IMG/VR virus record: IMGVR_UViG_3300010011_000078
Coordinates: 1-33,176 of that record
Reading direction: 5' to 3' (one strand)
DNA: 33,176 bases
Source of the DNA: a virus
Lineage: Duplodnaviria > Caudoviricetes
Part shown: piece by piece, positions 23,397 to 32,516 of the stretch
How positions within the stretch are numbered: position 1 is the first letter of the stretch
Layout of the letters: each line of letters starts with the position of its first letter
The notes under the pieces: model-generated
The model's database searches: none
What the model was told of the DNA's origin: nothing
The model's input: the letters and a program-made list of their open reading frames with translations, nothing else
Position numbers and translations under genes: made by a program

Positions 23397-23758
23397 TCGT
23401 ACTGCTTGCGAGAGAATTCGGCTGGACGCTGGACGAGATGCGAAAGCTGTACCCGAGCGAACTGCAGGCGATTCTAAAAGAGCTACAAAAGCAAAAGCTA
23501 GTAGACGAATATGCAGAACAAAAGAACAAGTGGGCATTCCTGGCGGCGGTTATAGCAAACTGCACTGCTGCGCTATCAAGAGTATTCAGCGGTAAAAAGA
23601 AAAAACCAAAACTTGTGAAGCCAGACGACTTTATAAGCAAAGATTTTGAAAAGCTCATGCAGCAGATATTAGGCACAAAAGAACAAAAGAAAGACAAAAA
23701 GTATGCGAAACACATTCAGGACGCAAAACAAAAAGGTTTAAAGGGACCGTGGAAATAG
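23333..23758 (+). CDS. Frameshift extension (gpT-like part of gpGT chaperone)
   Basis: Open -1 frame RAEAGASEADAFGSDWLTAEVIVLLAREFGWTLDEMRKLYPSEL...; no RBS at ATG 23438. Confidence 0.78.
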   Translation, partial: RAEAGASEADAFGSDWLTAEVIVLLAREFGWTLDEMRKLYPSELQAILKELQKQKLVDEYAEQKNKWAFLAAVIANCTAALSRVFSGKKKKPKLVKPDDFISKDFEKLMQQILGTKEQKKDKKYAKHIQDAKQKGLKGPWK

Positions 23759-23835
23759 TTGAAAAAAGAGGTTGAAACCTCTCTCATTTTTTGGTATTTT
23801 ATAATTAAAGCAAACGAAAGAGAGGTATTTGTTAT

Positions 23836-24822
23836 ATGATTAAAAAAACTGGCAGACTTATTGCTGCTGCGTTGATTCTGGCTTTTGTGTTCACAGCCTG
23901 TGGGAGAGGCGAAACACCTGAGCAAGCGGTAACCAACGCGTTAAATGCTGTCAAGAATTATGAAAAGGAAACAGCACGGAAATACTTTTCATCTGACGAA
24001 TTATTCAGCAGTAATTCGCAGTCTGATGAACTTATAAAGGACGAAGAAAATATCAAACTTATATTTAGCAAATTGGATTTTAAGGTCTTATCTTCTACCA
24101 AAGAAAAAGATACTGCAACGGTGAAGACCGAAATAACAAATATAGACATGACTGAAATTATAGGAGAGTATTTCCGTCAAGCAATGGCGCTTGCTTCTGG
24201 CAATGCATTTGCAGGGGCTAATGCAAAAAGTCAAGAAGAAATCGACAAGGAAGCAGAACAATTGCTAATAGACTTGCTAAAAAAAGAAGATAACAAAAAG
24301 GTTACTTTTACTATTGATATTAAACTGACCAAGCATGAGAATAGCTGGAAAATAGATGCAAATGAAGAATTTCAAAACGCAATAACGGGCAACCTGTATA
24401 ACGCAATAAAAAATATGGAAAGCAGCTTCGGTAATAGCGACACTCCCGAAGGCAAATTAAATGAAATAAACAATTTTGTCATCTCCGATATATGGAATAA
24501 CGGCTTTAGTGATATAGGCTGGTATATTGAGTATGGTACCAGTAGCACGGGAGAAAGTTTAGATATTGATTTTACTTTGGAACGGTTAGCCGAAGCAATG
24601 ACCAAAAAAGCCGAATACGACACTTATATAAACGGTTTGGAAGATGAAAAGTACACGAAAGTAAAACAAATATGGAGCAAACTATCTGCAGAAATCGACA
24701 GACTGTACGGCCAAATTCAAGCTAAAAAACCCACAGCCAATGACAGCAGCTATAACTTTGACACCGGTATTTTTAATCAATATATGGATGCGTTTGCCGA
24801 TGAGGTTGAAAACTTAGATTAA
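23836..24822 (+). CDS. Lipoprotein moron (DUF5105/DUF4878-like N-terminal domain)
   Basis: Signal peptide with lipobox FTAC; TPEQAV, ATVK.EITN.D, WKI motifs; AT-rich; candidate promoter TTGAAA 23772 / TGgTATTTT; own terminator. Confidence 0.8.
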   Translation: MIKKTGRLIAAALILAFVFTACGRGETPEQAVTNALNAVKNYEKETARKYFSSDELFSSNSQSDELIKDEENIKLIFSKLDFKVLSSTKEKDTATVKTEITNIDMTEIIGEYFRQAMALASGNAFAGANAKSQEEIDKEAEQLLIDLLKKEDNKKVTFTIDIKLTKHENSWKIDANEEFQNAITGNLYNAIKNMESSFGNSDTPEGKLNEINNFVISDIWNNGFSDIGWYIEYGTSSTGESLDIDFTLERLAEAMTKKAEYDTYINGLEDEKYTKVKQIWSKLSAEIDRLYGQIQAKKPTANDSSYNFDTGIFNQYMDAFADEVENLD

Positions 24823-24838
24823 AACACAATATATACAC

Positions 24839-24866
24839 AAAAGCCCTTTTTAGGGCTTTTTGTTTT
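24839..24866 (+). terminator. Intrinsic terminator after the lipoprotein moron
   Basis: AAAAGCCCT-TTTT-AGGGCTTTT then TGTTTT. Confidence 0.8.
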
Positions 24867-24890
24867 GCTCAAAAAGGCAGGTGAAACAGT

Positions 24891-27518
24891 ATGACCGTAG
24901 GACAAATATGGGCAAAGCTGGGAGTTGACCAAAAGGAATTTGAGAGCGGACTGCGCAATGCAGAATCGCAAGCCAATAAAGCGGGGTTGAAGATTGGCAA
25001 TATATTTAAAAATGCATTTTCCGTAACCATTGGCATGGGCATGTTTGAAGCGTTGAAAAAAGGTTTTAAGTCCACCGTTGGCGCTGCCGTAGATTTCAAC
25101 TCCATGCTTCAGACTGCGCAGATGGGCTTTACAACCATGCTCGGCAGCGCTGAGAAAGCTCAGGCTTTTCTTGATGATATGGCTGATTTCGCAGCTAAGA
25201 CACCGTTTGAATACCCCGAACTGCTGGAAGCCGCTAAAAAGATGCTTGCCTATGGCTTTTCAGCCGAAAACGTGCTGCCTACACTACGGGCTGTTGGTGA
25301 TGCGGCCGCGGCTCTCGGTATGAGCGGTGAAGGTATCGACAGGATAACTCTTGCCTTGGGCCAGATCTATGCAAAGGGAAAATTATCCGGCGAAGAGATG
25401 AGACAGCTCACAGAAGCCGGTATCCCTGCATGGCACATGCTTGCTGAGGCTATGGGAACAACTGTTCCTGCACTTCAGGATATGGTTTCAAAAGGATTAG
25501 TGCCTGGAGCAAAAGCGGTTGAGATGTTGACTGCAGGCATGAACCAGCGCTTTGGCGGCATGATGGCGAACATGGAAAACACCTGGCAGGGCGTGACATC
25601 AAGCATAAAAGACATTTGGAGGATGACCGTCGGCACACTGACACAAACGCTGTTTGGCGGCCTCAACAACATGCTAATACAGGTCCGCGACTTCATGGCG
25701 GCGTTCTATTCATACCTGCAAGGCATCCTCGGCAAAAAGGCAAAACAATCGACCGACGCCCTTGTCGGCAGCACAAAGGCGCAGGCAGCAGCTATAAACG
25801 AGGTCGGGGACGCATCAGAGAAAGCAGCAAAAAAAGCGAATAAGAACCTGCAGGCGTTTGACGAGGTACATCAGTTGCAAGAGGAAATGAGCGATACGGC
25901 TGCAGGGGGTATACCTACCGCTGATACCGCGGCTGTTGCTCCGCTGGAACTCGAGGACGCCGGCGAGCCAGAAGCATTTTCAAAGTTTCAGGAAGTTCTT
26001 GAGAAGCTCGCTGTCCTGTTCGGTCCTGTTGCTGACGGATTTGATAAGTTGAAAGAAGCAGCCGAACCGATAGTTAAGAATATCGGTGAAGGGTTAAAAT
26101 GGCTCTGGGATAAGGTGCTTGTACCCTTTGGTTCCTGGACCATATCTGAAGCTGTGCCAGCATTTTTCAATTTGCTTACCGGTGCATTTAAAGTGCTGAA
26201 TCCTATCCTTGAGGGTTTTAAACCGTTGGGACAGTGGCTGTGGGATAGTTTCCTTCTGCCGATAGCAAAATGGACTGGCGAGGCATTCGTTGTGACCATA
26301 AACGCAGTAGGCGATGCCCTTAAAGCCATAGGAGATTGGATGTCAGAAAACAAATCTGTGGTTGAAGGAATAGCAATAGCACTTGCCGCATTTTTCGCGG
26401 CATGGAAACTTACTGAACTGATGGCTTTCATTCAGATGTCTGGCGGAATAGTTGCAGCTATACAGGCAATAACTTCGGCGATTTGGAGCAATATAGCGGC
26501 CAAAATTGCCGATAAAGCAGAAACTATCGCCATAATCGCTTTGTATGCGAAAGACTTTATTGTTTCCCTCGCAAAAGGCGTAGCTTCTCTGGCGACCAAT
26601 ACTGCCGCATGGATAGCCAATACAGCTGCTATGGTTGCTGCCAAAGTCGCTCAAATTGCTGTAACAGTCGCCACTACAGCATGGAGCTCGATCAGTGGCA
26701 TTGCTACAGCGGCGACGACTGCCTTAGGTGCTGCTTTCAATTTCCTCATGTCTCCGATAACTCTGATTATTGCTGCTATTGCAGCCGTGATTGCAATAGT
26801 TGTCCTGCTCATTAAACATTGGGATGAAGTTAAAGCTGCAGCAATTGCGTGCTGGGAATGGATAAAACAGACTTGGGAAGTTGTTGCCTCCTGGTTTAAC
26901 AAAAACATAATTCAACCTGTGGCACAATTTTTCAAAGAATTATGGGAAGGTATAAAAGAGGTTTGGAACAAGGCAGCAGGATGGTTTGATAAAAATGTTA
27001 TACAGCCTATAGTCAAAGTGTTTGAAAACCTGAAAAAGTCTATAACTGATATATGGGACGGAATCTGGGCCGGAATTAAGTCAGTTGTAAACAGCATCAT
27101 CAACGGAATAAATACCCTGATAAAGGGTTTAAACAAAATACATTTAGATATACCGGATTGGGTTCCTTTAATTGGCGGGAAATCCTTTGGCATTAATATT
27201 CCTCTCATTCCTAAACTTGACACTGGCACGAACTACGTCCCGCAGGACATGCTTGCATATCTCCACGAAGGTGAAGCTGTCGTGCCTAAGAAATACAATC
27301 CTGTAGCAGCGGGACTAACTGCTGAGACAATAGAGCAGGCAGTATACAGAGCATTTACGAACGCATTAAGAATCATGCAGGCGTCAGCCAAACAGGATGA
27401 CAGGGAACTGGTGCTTAAGATAGATAACACTACCCTTGCAAGGATGCAGCTACCCGCCATAATCCGAGAGGGCCAGCGTCAGGGGCTTAATCTTGTAGTT
27501 CAACCGCAGGGAGTGTAA
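24891..27518 (+). CDS. Tail tape measure protein
   Basis: 875 aa; FAAKTPFE, ALGQI.AKGKL.GEE.RQL.EAGIP tape-measure domain; Trp-periodic repeats; C-term GTNYVP.D.LAYLHEGEAVVP. Confidence 0.95.
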   Translation: MTVGQIWAKLGVDQKEFESGLRNAESQANKAGLKIGNIFKNAFSVTIGMGMFEALKKGFKSTVGAAVDFNSMLQTAQMGFTTMLGSAEKAQAFLDDMADFAAKTPFEYPELLEAAKKMLAYGFSAENVLPTLRAVGDAAAALGMSGEGIDRITLALGQIYAKGKLSGEEMRQLTEAGIPAWHMLAEAMGTTVPALQDMVSKGLVPGAKAVEMLTAGMNQRFGGMMANMENTWQGVTSSIKDIWRMTVGTLTQTLFGGLNNMLIQVRDFMAAFYSYLQGILGKKAKQSTDALVGSTKAQAAAINEVGDASEKAAKKANKNLQAFDEVHQLQEEMSDTAAGGIPTADTAAVAPLELEDAGEPEAFSKFQEVLEKLAVLFGPVADGFDKLKEAAEPIVKNIGEGLKWLWDKVLVPFGSWTISEAVPAFFNLLTGAFKVLNPILEGFKPLGQWLWDSFLLPIAKWTGEAFVVTINAVGDALKAIGDWMSENKSVVEGIAIALAAFFAAWKLTELMAFIQMSGGIVAAIQAITSAIWSNIAAKIADKAETIAIIALYAKDFIVSLAKGVASLATNTAAWIANTAAMVAAKVAQIAVTVATTAWSSISGIATAATTALGAAFNFLMSPITLIIAAIAAVIAIVVLLIKHWDEVKAAAIACWEWIKQTWEVVASWFNKNIIQPVAQFFKELWEGIKEVWNKAAGWFDKNVIQPIVKVFENLKKSITDIWDGIWAGIKSVVNSIINGINTLIKGLNKIHLDIPDWVPLIGGKSFGINIPLIPKLDTGTNYVPQDMLAYLHEGEAVVPKKYNPVAAGLTAETIEQAVYRAFTNALRIMQASAKQDDRELVLKIDNTTLARMQLPAIIREGQRQGLNLVVQPQGV

Positions 27519-27521
27519 ATT

Positions 27522-27866
27522 ATGTTAAAGATTGCAGGAGTAACAGTTAAAACACCTTCGGAGCTTAAAGTCGGGCGGTTTGATATCACAAAGTCAAACC
27601 GCTCTGCATCCGGCAAGATGTTAATGGAACTGATCGCCACAAAGCGCCGGGTGGACGTTGTCTGGAAGATGCTACCCGATAATGAATTGCAAAAAATCAT
27701 TGATACTATAGCGGCTAACAAGCCGTTTTTTACTTTGGAATACCCAGATGCAGGCGGGACAAAGACAATGACCTGCTATGCAGGGGACATTGTAACCAGC
27801 CTTTGGCACACGAAAAACGGTGTCAGGTATTGGGAAGAGGTAAGCATAGGATTTATTGAACAGTAG
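27522..27866 (+). CDS. Distal tail protein-like (DUF6711-like)
   Basis: Follows the tape measure gene; R.ASG.M..E.IA.KR, FF..EYPD, T.TCYAGD, FIEQ ending. Confidence 0.75.
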   Translation: MLKIAGVTVKTPSELKVGRFDITKSNRSASGKMLMELIATKRRVDVVWKMLPDNELQKIIDTIAANKPFFTLEYPDAGGTKTMTCYAGDIVTSLWHTKNGVRYWEEVSIGFIEQ

Positions 27867-27879
27867 TGAGGTGAAAGAA

Positions 27880-28224
27880 ATGGCAAGAACAAGTTTAGCA
27901 AGGCAGCAATTAGCCGATACCGGACTCACTGCAGCCTATTCGCCAGCAGTTGCAGAAGGGCATAGTGTAGAAAACAACGGTAAGGTAATCTTGCATGTGA
28001 AGAACGACAGCGGACAGGACATAACTGTAACGATCCTTTCTGGACATATCCGCGCAGGATTAAAACTCCAAGATAGAGTCGTGACTGTAGGAGCCGGTAA
28101 ATCCGCTTTCATTGGCCCGTTTGACCCTGACATATACAACCAAAGCGACGGCGGAAAAGGACAAATATACATTGACTACAGTGCCGTGGAAGGCGTGACC
28201 GTGGCAGCGTTGTTGTTCCCGTGA
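27880..28224 (+). CDS. Beta-rich virion accessory protein
   Basis: GAGGTGA RBS; N.G..ILHVKN.S....VTI...VTV.AG...IGPF....YNQ. Confidence 0.7.
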   Translation: MARTSLARQQLADTGLTAAYSPAVAEGHSVENNGKVILHVKNDSGQDITVTILSGHIRAGLKLQDRVVTVGAGKSAFIGPFDPDIYNQSDGGKGQIYIDYSAVEGVTVAALLFP

Positions 28225-28237
28225 GGTGGTGGTATAG

Positions 28238-30598
28238 GTGTATCCAGTTACACAAGACTTCATAGACAAGATGAAAGCCGACAGGCGGCAGGTTTTGGCG
28301 CGTGTAGCAATAGACTATACAGACCCTTTTATAGATCAGTCGCTGGAAATCGAGGCCAATGAACAGGCGAATGTATCCTACCCGCAACAGACAGCTGATA
28401 GCGTGGACACGGTGACCCACAAATACGCTTGCCTTGACGGTACTTGGGACTTGACTTCCGGCGAATACCACCTGGCGCCGTCAGAAAACATGTTGTTACA
28501 GGCTCAGATGGGCTGGTGGGGAGCACAGTTTGCCGATCAGGACGGGTATTTCTCGCAGCCGTACCCTACATTGACTGTCCGGCACTTACCCAGGCCAATC
28601 CGTTCCCTGCGAGTTGTGGGCGACACAGCACGAGGCGAATATCCTGTTGACTTCCAAGTCAAGCTCTACGCTCAGGATGATACACTCTTGAAAACCGAAA
28701 CCGTGACCGGAAATGCTCAAATTGCTTGGCAAAAGGACCTTGAACCACAGGTCCTTGACGTTGCAAAACAGGAACTCATTATCACCCGCTGGAGCCTGCC
28801 TGGTACTTGTGCCAAAATCATTGAATTTTTTACGTCTATCCGGGAAGTTTATGAAACCGGCGACTTGGTAAGCCTGCGGCTGCTGGAGGAAAGAGAAGCC
28901 TCCCAGGGCAGCTTGCCGGTGGGAAATATATCAGCGAACGAAGTTACAATTGCCTTGAACAATGAGAGCAAGAAGTTCGACATTGACAACGAGAACTCCC
29001 CGCTCAAGAACCTTTTGAAGCCGAACAGGAGAATCCAGGTGTGGCTGGGGGCGGAGGATGTAATAGGTGAGTGGTATACGGAGATTGAACAATCCTCATA
29101 TTATTATCAAGCGATGTTGTGTGGTGGACGATATGTGGCACAGGGGTTTAAGCCAGTGGGTAGTTTGGTTGGGGCAAGAGAGGTTTGGGCTTATGTTATG
29201 TCATCTTCAACCGGCAAGGAAGGTTCGCCTCCAGATGTGCATTTCCATGTTTATAGCAACAATGAGGGTGTGCCTGGGGAATCAATTAGCACTGATTATG
29301 GAGTGGTGACGGGTGATAATTGGCCTAGTGGCAGGCAATGGGTTGGAACGAAAATTGTTTTAGGCGAACCCCTGCAAGAAGGGCAACAGTATTGGTTGGT
29401 TTTAGCGGGACAGGGTGTTTATGATTATTACGATAATGTTCGTTATGTGTATTCGGATGGGGACGTGTACGCTGATGGTTATAGGTGCACATCTAGCGAT
29501 GGAAAGATATGGCATAAGACACACGACAGGGACTTGACTTTCAGGCTCGATGTCCCTATTTACAAAGACAAATGGGTACCGCTTGGCACGTTCTGGTCGT
29601 TAGACTGGGACAGCCCTGACGACAGCCTCGAGGCAACAGTCACGGCACGGGATAGGATGGAGTTGCTCAGGAAAAGCATATTCCAGACGTCGCAGGTACT
29701 CACAAACAAGAGCCTGTATGAGCTTGCGGAAATAGTGTTGCAGGATGCGGGGCTTACATCGGATGAATACATCATTGACACGGACTTGCAGAATATCATC
29801 ATACCATACGCTTGGTTTAACCCTGTTTCTCATCGTGAAGCGCTGCGGCGCATAGCAGAGGCCGGACTGGCAGCGGCGTTTCAGAATCGGGACGGAAAGA
29901 TACAGATAGAAAGTTGGCTTATTACTGGCGATGAACCGGTATTGGAAATAACGGAGGATGATTATTTCCCGCCGCTCCGGGCTCCGTCACACCAAGACCA
30001 GGTGGCGAATGAGATAATCGTTGACACACAGCCTTTGAGACCTGCAACAACTTCGGAGGAAGTCTACAGGAGCAATGAGCCGGTCATGATTCCTGCCAAC
30101 TCCACACAGACGTTGACAGTATACTACAACAAAACACCGGTCATTGACGCTGTGACCACCCTCGACAGTCCACCGGCGGGCGTGACAATTACCGAAGCGA
30201 CATACTACGGCTGGGGCGCGAGTATCAAAATCGCCAACAGCACCGGCACGGATCAGCAGGTGACGCTGGTCATCACTGGTCGACCGCTGAGTGTCCAGAA
30301 CAAGGAGCGTGCCGTGGCTCGGGACGAGGCATCAATCCTCGAAAATGGCCTGCTGACGTATGAGTTCCCGGCGAATCCGTTGGTGCAGACACTGGCACAG
30401 GCTCAGGCGATAGCAAACACCTTGCTGGCATCCGTCAAGGATCCACGCAGAGACATTGAAGTTGAGTGGCGGGGGAATCCGGCATTGCTTTTGGGCGACA
30501 GGGTGACGGTGAAAGGCAAGGACTATCACATCATCAGACAAGAAATAAACTGGCAGGGTTACCTGTCAGCAAGGCTTACTGGAAGGAGGGCAACATAA
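28238..30598 (+). CDS. Tail tip/baseplate hub protein with an internal inserted domain
   Basis: 786 aa after the Dit-like gene; LPVGNISANE, WVPLGTFW, ARDRM, WRGNPAL.LGD.V; compositionally distinct segment ~29060-29570. Confidence 0.8.
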   Translation: MYPVTQDFIDKMKADRRQVLARVAIDYTDPFIDQSLEIEANEQANVSYPQQTADSVDTVTHKYACLDGTWDLTSGEYHLAPSENMLLQAQMGWWGAQFADQDGYFSQPYPTLTVRHLPRPIRSLRVVGDTARGEYPVDFQVKLYAQDDTLLKTETVTGNAQIAWQKDLEPQVLDVAKQELIITRWSLPGTCAKIIEFFTSIREVYETGDLVSLRLLEEREASQGSLPVGNISANEVTIALNNESKKFDIDNENSPLKNLLKPNRRIQVWLGAEDVIGEWYTEIEQSSYYYQAMLCGGRYVAQGFKPVGSLVGAREVWAYVMSSSTGKEGSPPDVHFHVYSNNEGVPGESISTDYGVVTGDNWPSGRQWVGTKIVLGEPLQEGQQYWLVLAGQGVYDYYDNVRYVYSDGDVYADGYRCTSSDGKIWHKTHDRDLTFRLDVPIYKDKWVPLGTFWSLDWDSPDDSLEATVTARDRMELLRKSIFQTSQVLTNKSLYELAEIVLQDAGLTSDEYIIDTDLQNIIIPYAWFNPVSHREALRRIAEAGLAAAFQNRDGKIQIESWLITGDEPVLEITEDDYFPPLRAPSHQDQVANEIIVDTQPLRPATTSEEVYRSNEPVMIPANSTQTLTVYYNKTPVIDAVTTLDSPPAGVTITEATYYGWGASIKIANSTGTDQQVTLVITGRPLSVQNKERAVARDEASILENGLLTYEFPANPLVQTLAQAQAIANTLLASVKDPRRDIEVEWRGNPALLLGDRVTVKGKDYHIIRQEINWQGYLSARLTGRRAT

Positions 30599-30600
30599 AT

Positions 30601-32412
30601 ATGGCATGGCAAACACCAAAAACAAATTGGGGACAACCAGGACAGACAGTACCTGCAGCTACAGATTTCAACAGGATTGAAGGAAATACACAGTACTTGA
30701 AGGATGAAATTGACTCGCATTTGGCAGATTATGCCCAACACGGCGTAACAATGGGTCGTGAAAACGACCTTTATGTCGCCAAAATTGGGTCGCTTTTTGA
30801 ATTTACTCCTTTAGAAGTGAACTATGGTGGCTCTATACATGCTATGGCAACAGACGATGAATTTGTCTATGTTGGCGGGCGGACAACCCAAACTGTAAGA
30901 AAGTTGAGGAAAAGTGATTTATCACAGGTAGCTGAAAGCGCAGACTACGGCGGGGATATATATGCAATAGCAGTAGACGACAACTATGTATATGTGGGGG
31001 GGTGGGAAACCCAAACTGTGAAGAAACTCAACAAATCCGACCTATCGCAGGTAGCTGAAAGCGCAGACTATGGCGGCTTCATCCGTGCTATAGCTACAGA
31101 CGATGAATTTGTCTATGTTGGCGGGGAAATAACCCGAACTGTAAGAAAGTTGAGGAAAAGTGATTTATCACAAGTAGTTGAAAGCGCAGACTATGGTGGC
31201 ATTATCCTTGCTATGGCTACAGACGATGGATTTGTCTATGTTGGCGGGGATACAACCAGCATAAGAGTCATAGAAAACCGCGATCTAATTAAGATTATAA
31301 GTAGGCTTTCTAGCACACCACAACCTTATAAAATTTATGGTGTAGATATTGACCTTACAAACAGTAACCCTGAAACAGCAGTAACTTATACAGATGATGC
31401 TGTTGGCATGACTGCTGGTTCTTCTGCTTGGGATAGTATGGCAATATTCAAGGATATAAAGCCTTGTGTACTTAAAAATGGAGTTGTTCAATATTATTTA
31501 GATCCCAACGATTTTACAAAAAAGGTTGATGGTAGTGCTGCGGATATAACATCAGGTAATGATGGGGATGTAATGATTGAAATTCCCAAGATAGGATTTT
31601 TAATATCAACTGTCGGAAACATTTTGACTGTAAAGGTAACAAATAACCCAAACAATCCCAATTTCAAATATTATGCACATTCCAGGGCTGCTGAAGGTGA
31701 TAGGTCAAAACTTTACATTGGGGCTTACCTGGGTTGGAATGATGGCAGTAAATTAAGAAGTTTGAGTGGTAAAATACCAACTGCTAACCAAACGATTGGA
31801 ACATTCAGAATACAAGCAAAAGCAAATGGTTCAGGCTATGACTTGGTTTCATTCTATCCTTTAACCCTTTTACAATGCTTATATTTAATTAAGTATAAGA
31901 ACCTTGACTCTCAAACAGCACTTGGTAGAGGTTATGTGGATGGGAACAGTGCTGCAGCTAATACTGGTGGAACTAATCAAAAAGGAATGTTCTTTGGAGA
32001 AACAACAGGCAAGCAACAAATGAAGTTCCTTGGTATTGAAGATTTTTGGGGCAATCTTCGCTGGTGGATTGATGGGTTGTTCAGTGATGCAAGCAGAAAT
32101 ATTAAGACTGCTTTTCAGAACTTTAATGACACAGGAAACGGTTATGTTGATAGAGGTCAAGGGGCAACATCTAATATTGGAAACTACATGAGTAAACCAC
32201 AAGGAACAAGTCAAACGGGATTTATTGCAAAAGAAGTTAGTGGTTCAGCTTCAACTTATTTTTGTGACCATGCTGATTTGTCTGCTTCCCGCTTACCTAC
32301 TTTCGGTGGTGCTTGGAATGGTGCTTCTGCTGCGGGTGCTTTCTGTCTTTTTATTAATGGTCCCTCTTCATATTCGAATTCTAGTTTGGGCGGTCGCTTG
32401 ATGTATTTATAG
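30601..32412 (+). CDS. Tail fibre / receptor-binding protein: anchor + beta-propeller repeats + C-type-lectin-fold DGR-target-like domain
   Basis: MAWQTPKTNW...DFNRIEGN anchor; 41-aa blades; DVMIEIPK, YIGAY.G, GIEDFWGN..WWIDG, GG.W...AGAF.L......S..GGRL terminus. Confidence 0.85.
   Translation: MAWQTPKTNWGQPGQTVPAATDFNRIEGNTQYLKDEIDSHLADYAQHGVTMGRENDLYVAKIGSLFEFTPLEVNYGGSIHAMATDDEFVYVGGRTTQTVRKLRKSDLSQVAESADYGGDIYAIAVDDNYVYVGGWETQTVKKLNKSDLSQVAESADYGGFIRAIATDDEFVYVGGEITRTVRKLRKSDLSQVVESADYGGIILAMATDDGFVYVGGDTTSIRVIENRDLIKIISRLSSTPQPYKIYGVDIDLTNSNPETAVTYTDDAVGMTAGSSAWDSMAIFKDIKPCVLKNGVVQYYLDPNDFTKKVDGSAADITSGNDGDVMIEIPKIGFLISTVGNILTVKVTNNPNNPNFKYYAHSRAAEGDRSKLYIGAYLGWNDGSKLRSLSGKIPTANQTIGTFRIQAKANGSGYDLVSFYPLTLLQCLYLIKYKNLDSQTALGRGYVDGNSAAANTGGTNQKGMFFGETTGKQQMKFLGIEDFWGNLRWWIDGLFSDASRNIKTAFQNFNDTGNGYVDRGQGATSNIGNYMSKPQGTSQTGFIAKEVSGSASTYFCDHADLSASRLPTFGGAWNGASAAGAFCLFINGPSSYSNSSLGGRLMYL
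30823..31265 (+). repeat. 123-bp tandem repeat x ~3.6 encoding beta-propeller blades
   Basis: YGG codons start at 30823, 30946, 31069, 31192; consensus YGGxIxA(M/I)AxDDxxVYVGGxxTxTVRKLxKSDLSQVAESAD. Confidence 0.92.
32257..32412 (+). other. DGR-type variable region (VR) candidate
   Basis: 12 A in 32281-32400 versus 47 A in 32101-32220 (hand count, 120 nt each); many NNT codons at positions between conserved CLec residues. Confidence 0.7.
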
Positions 32413-32435
32413 GGTTAATATATGGGCAATGGTAA

Positions 32436-32516
32436 AGATTGGAATTCATTACCTGCTTAAAAAAATATTTGGATGATTATTACATTACTGAAATTAAAGA
32501 AAGGAAGGTTGCCTGA
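32436..32516 (+). pseudogene. Start-less 26-codon remnant, possibly the 3' end of a deleted reverse transcriptase gene
   Basis: RLEFITCLKKYLDDYYITEIKERKVA-TGA, stop overlapping the next ATG (TGATG); located where TR+RT would normally follow a VR. No RT catalytic motif present. Confidence 0.35.

Noticed and set aside
30466-30600. 45-codon N-terminal extension of the tail fibre in the ORF track
   Set aside because: Overlaps the upstream gene; GGAGGG RBS and the typical MAWQTPKTNW start support ATG 30601.
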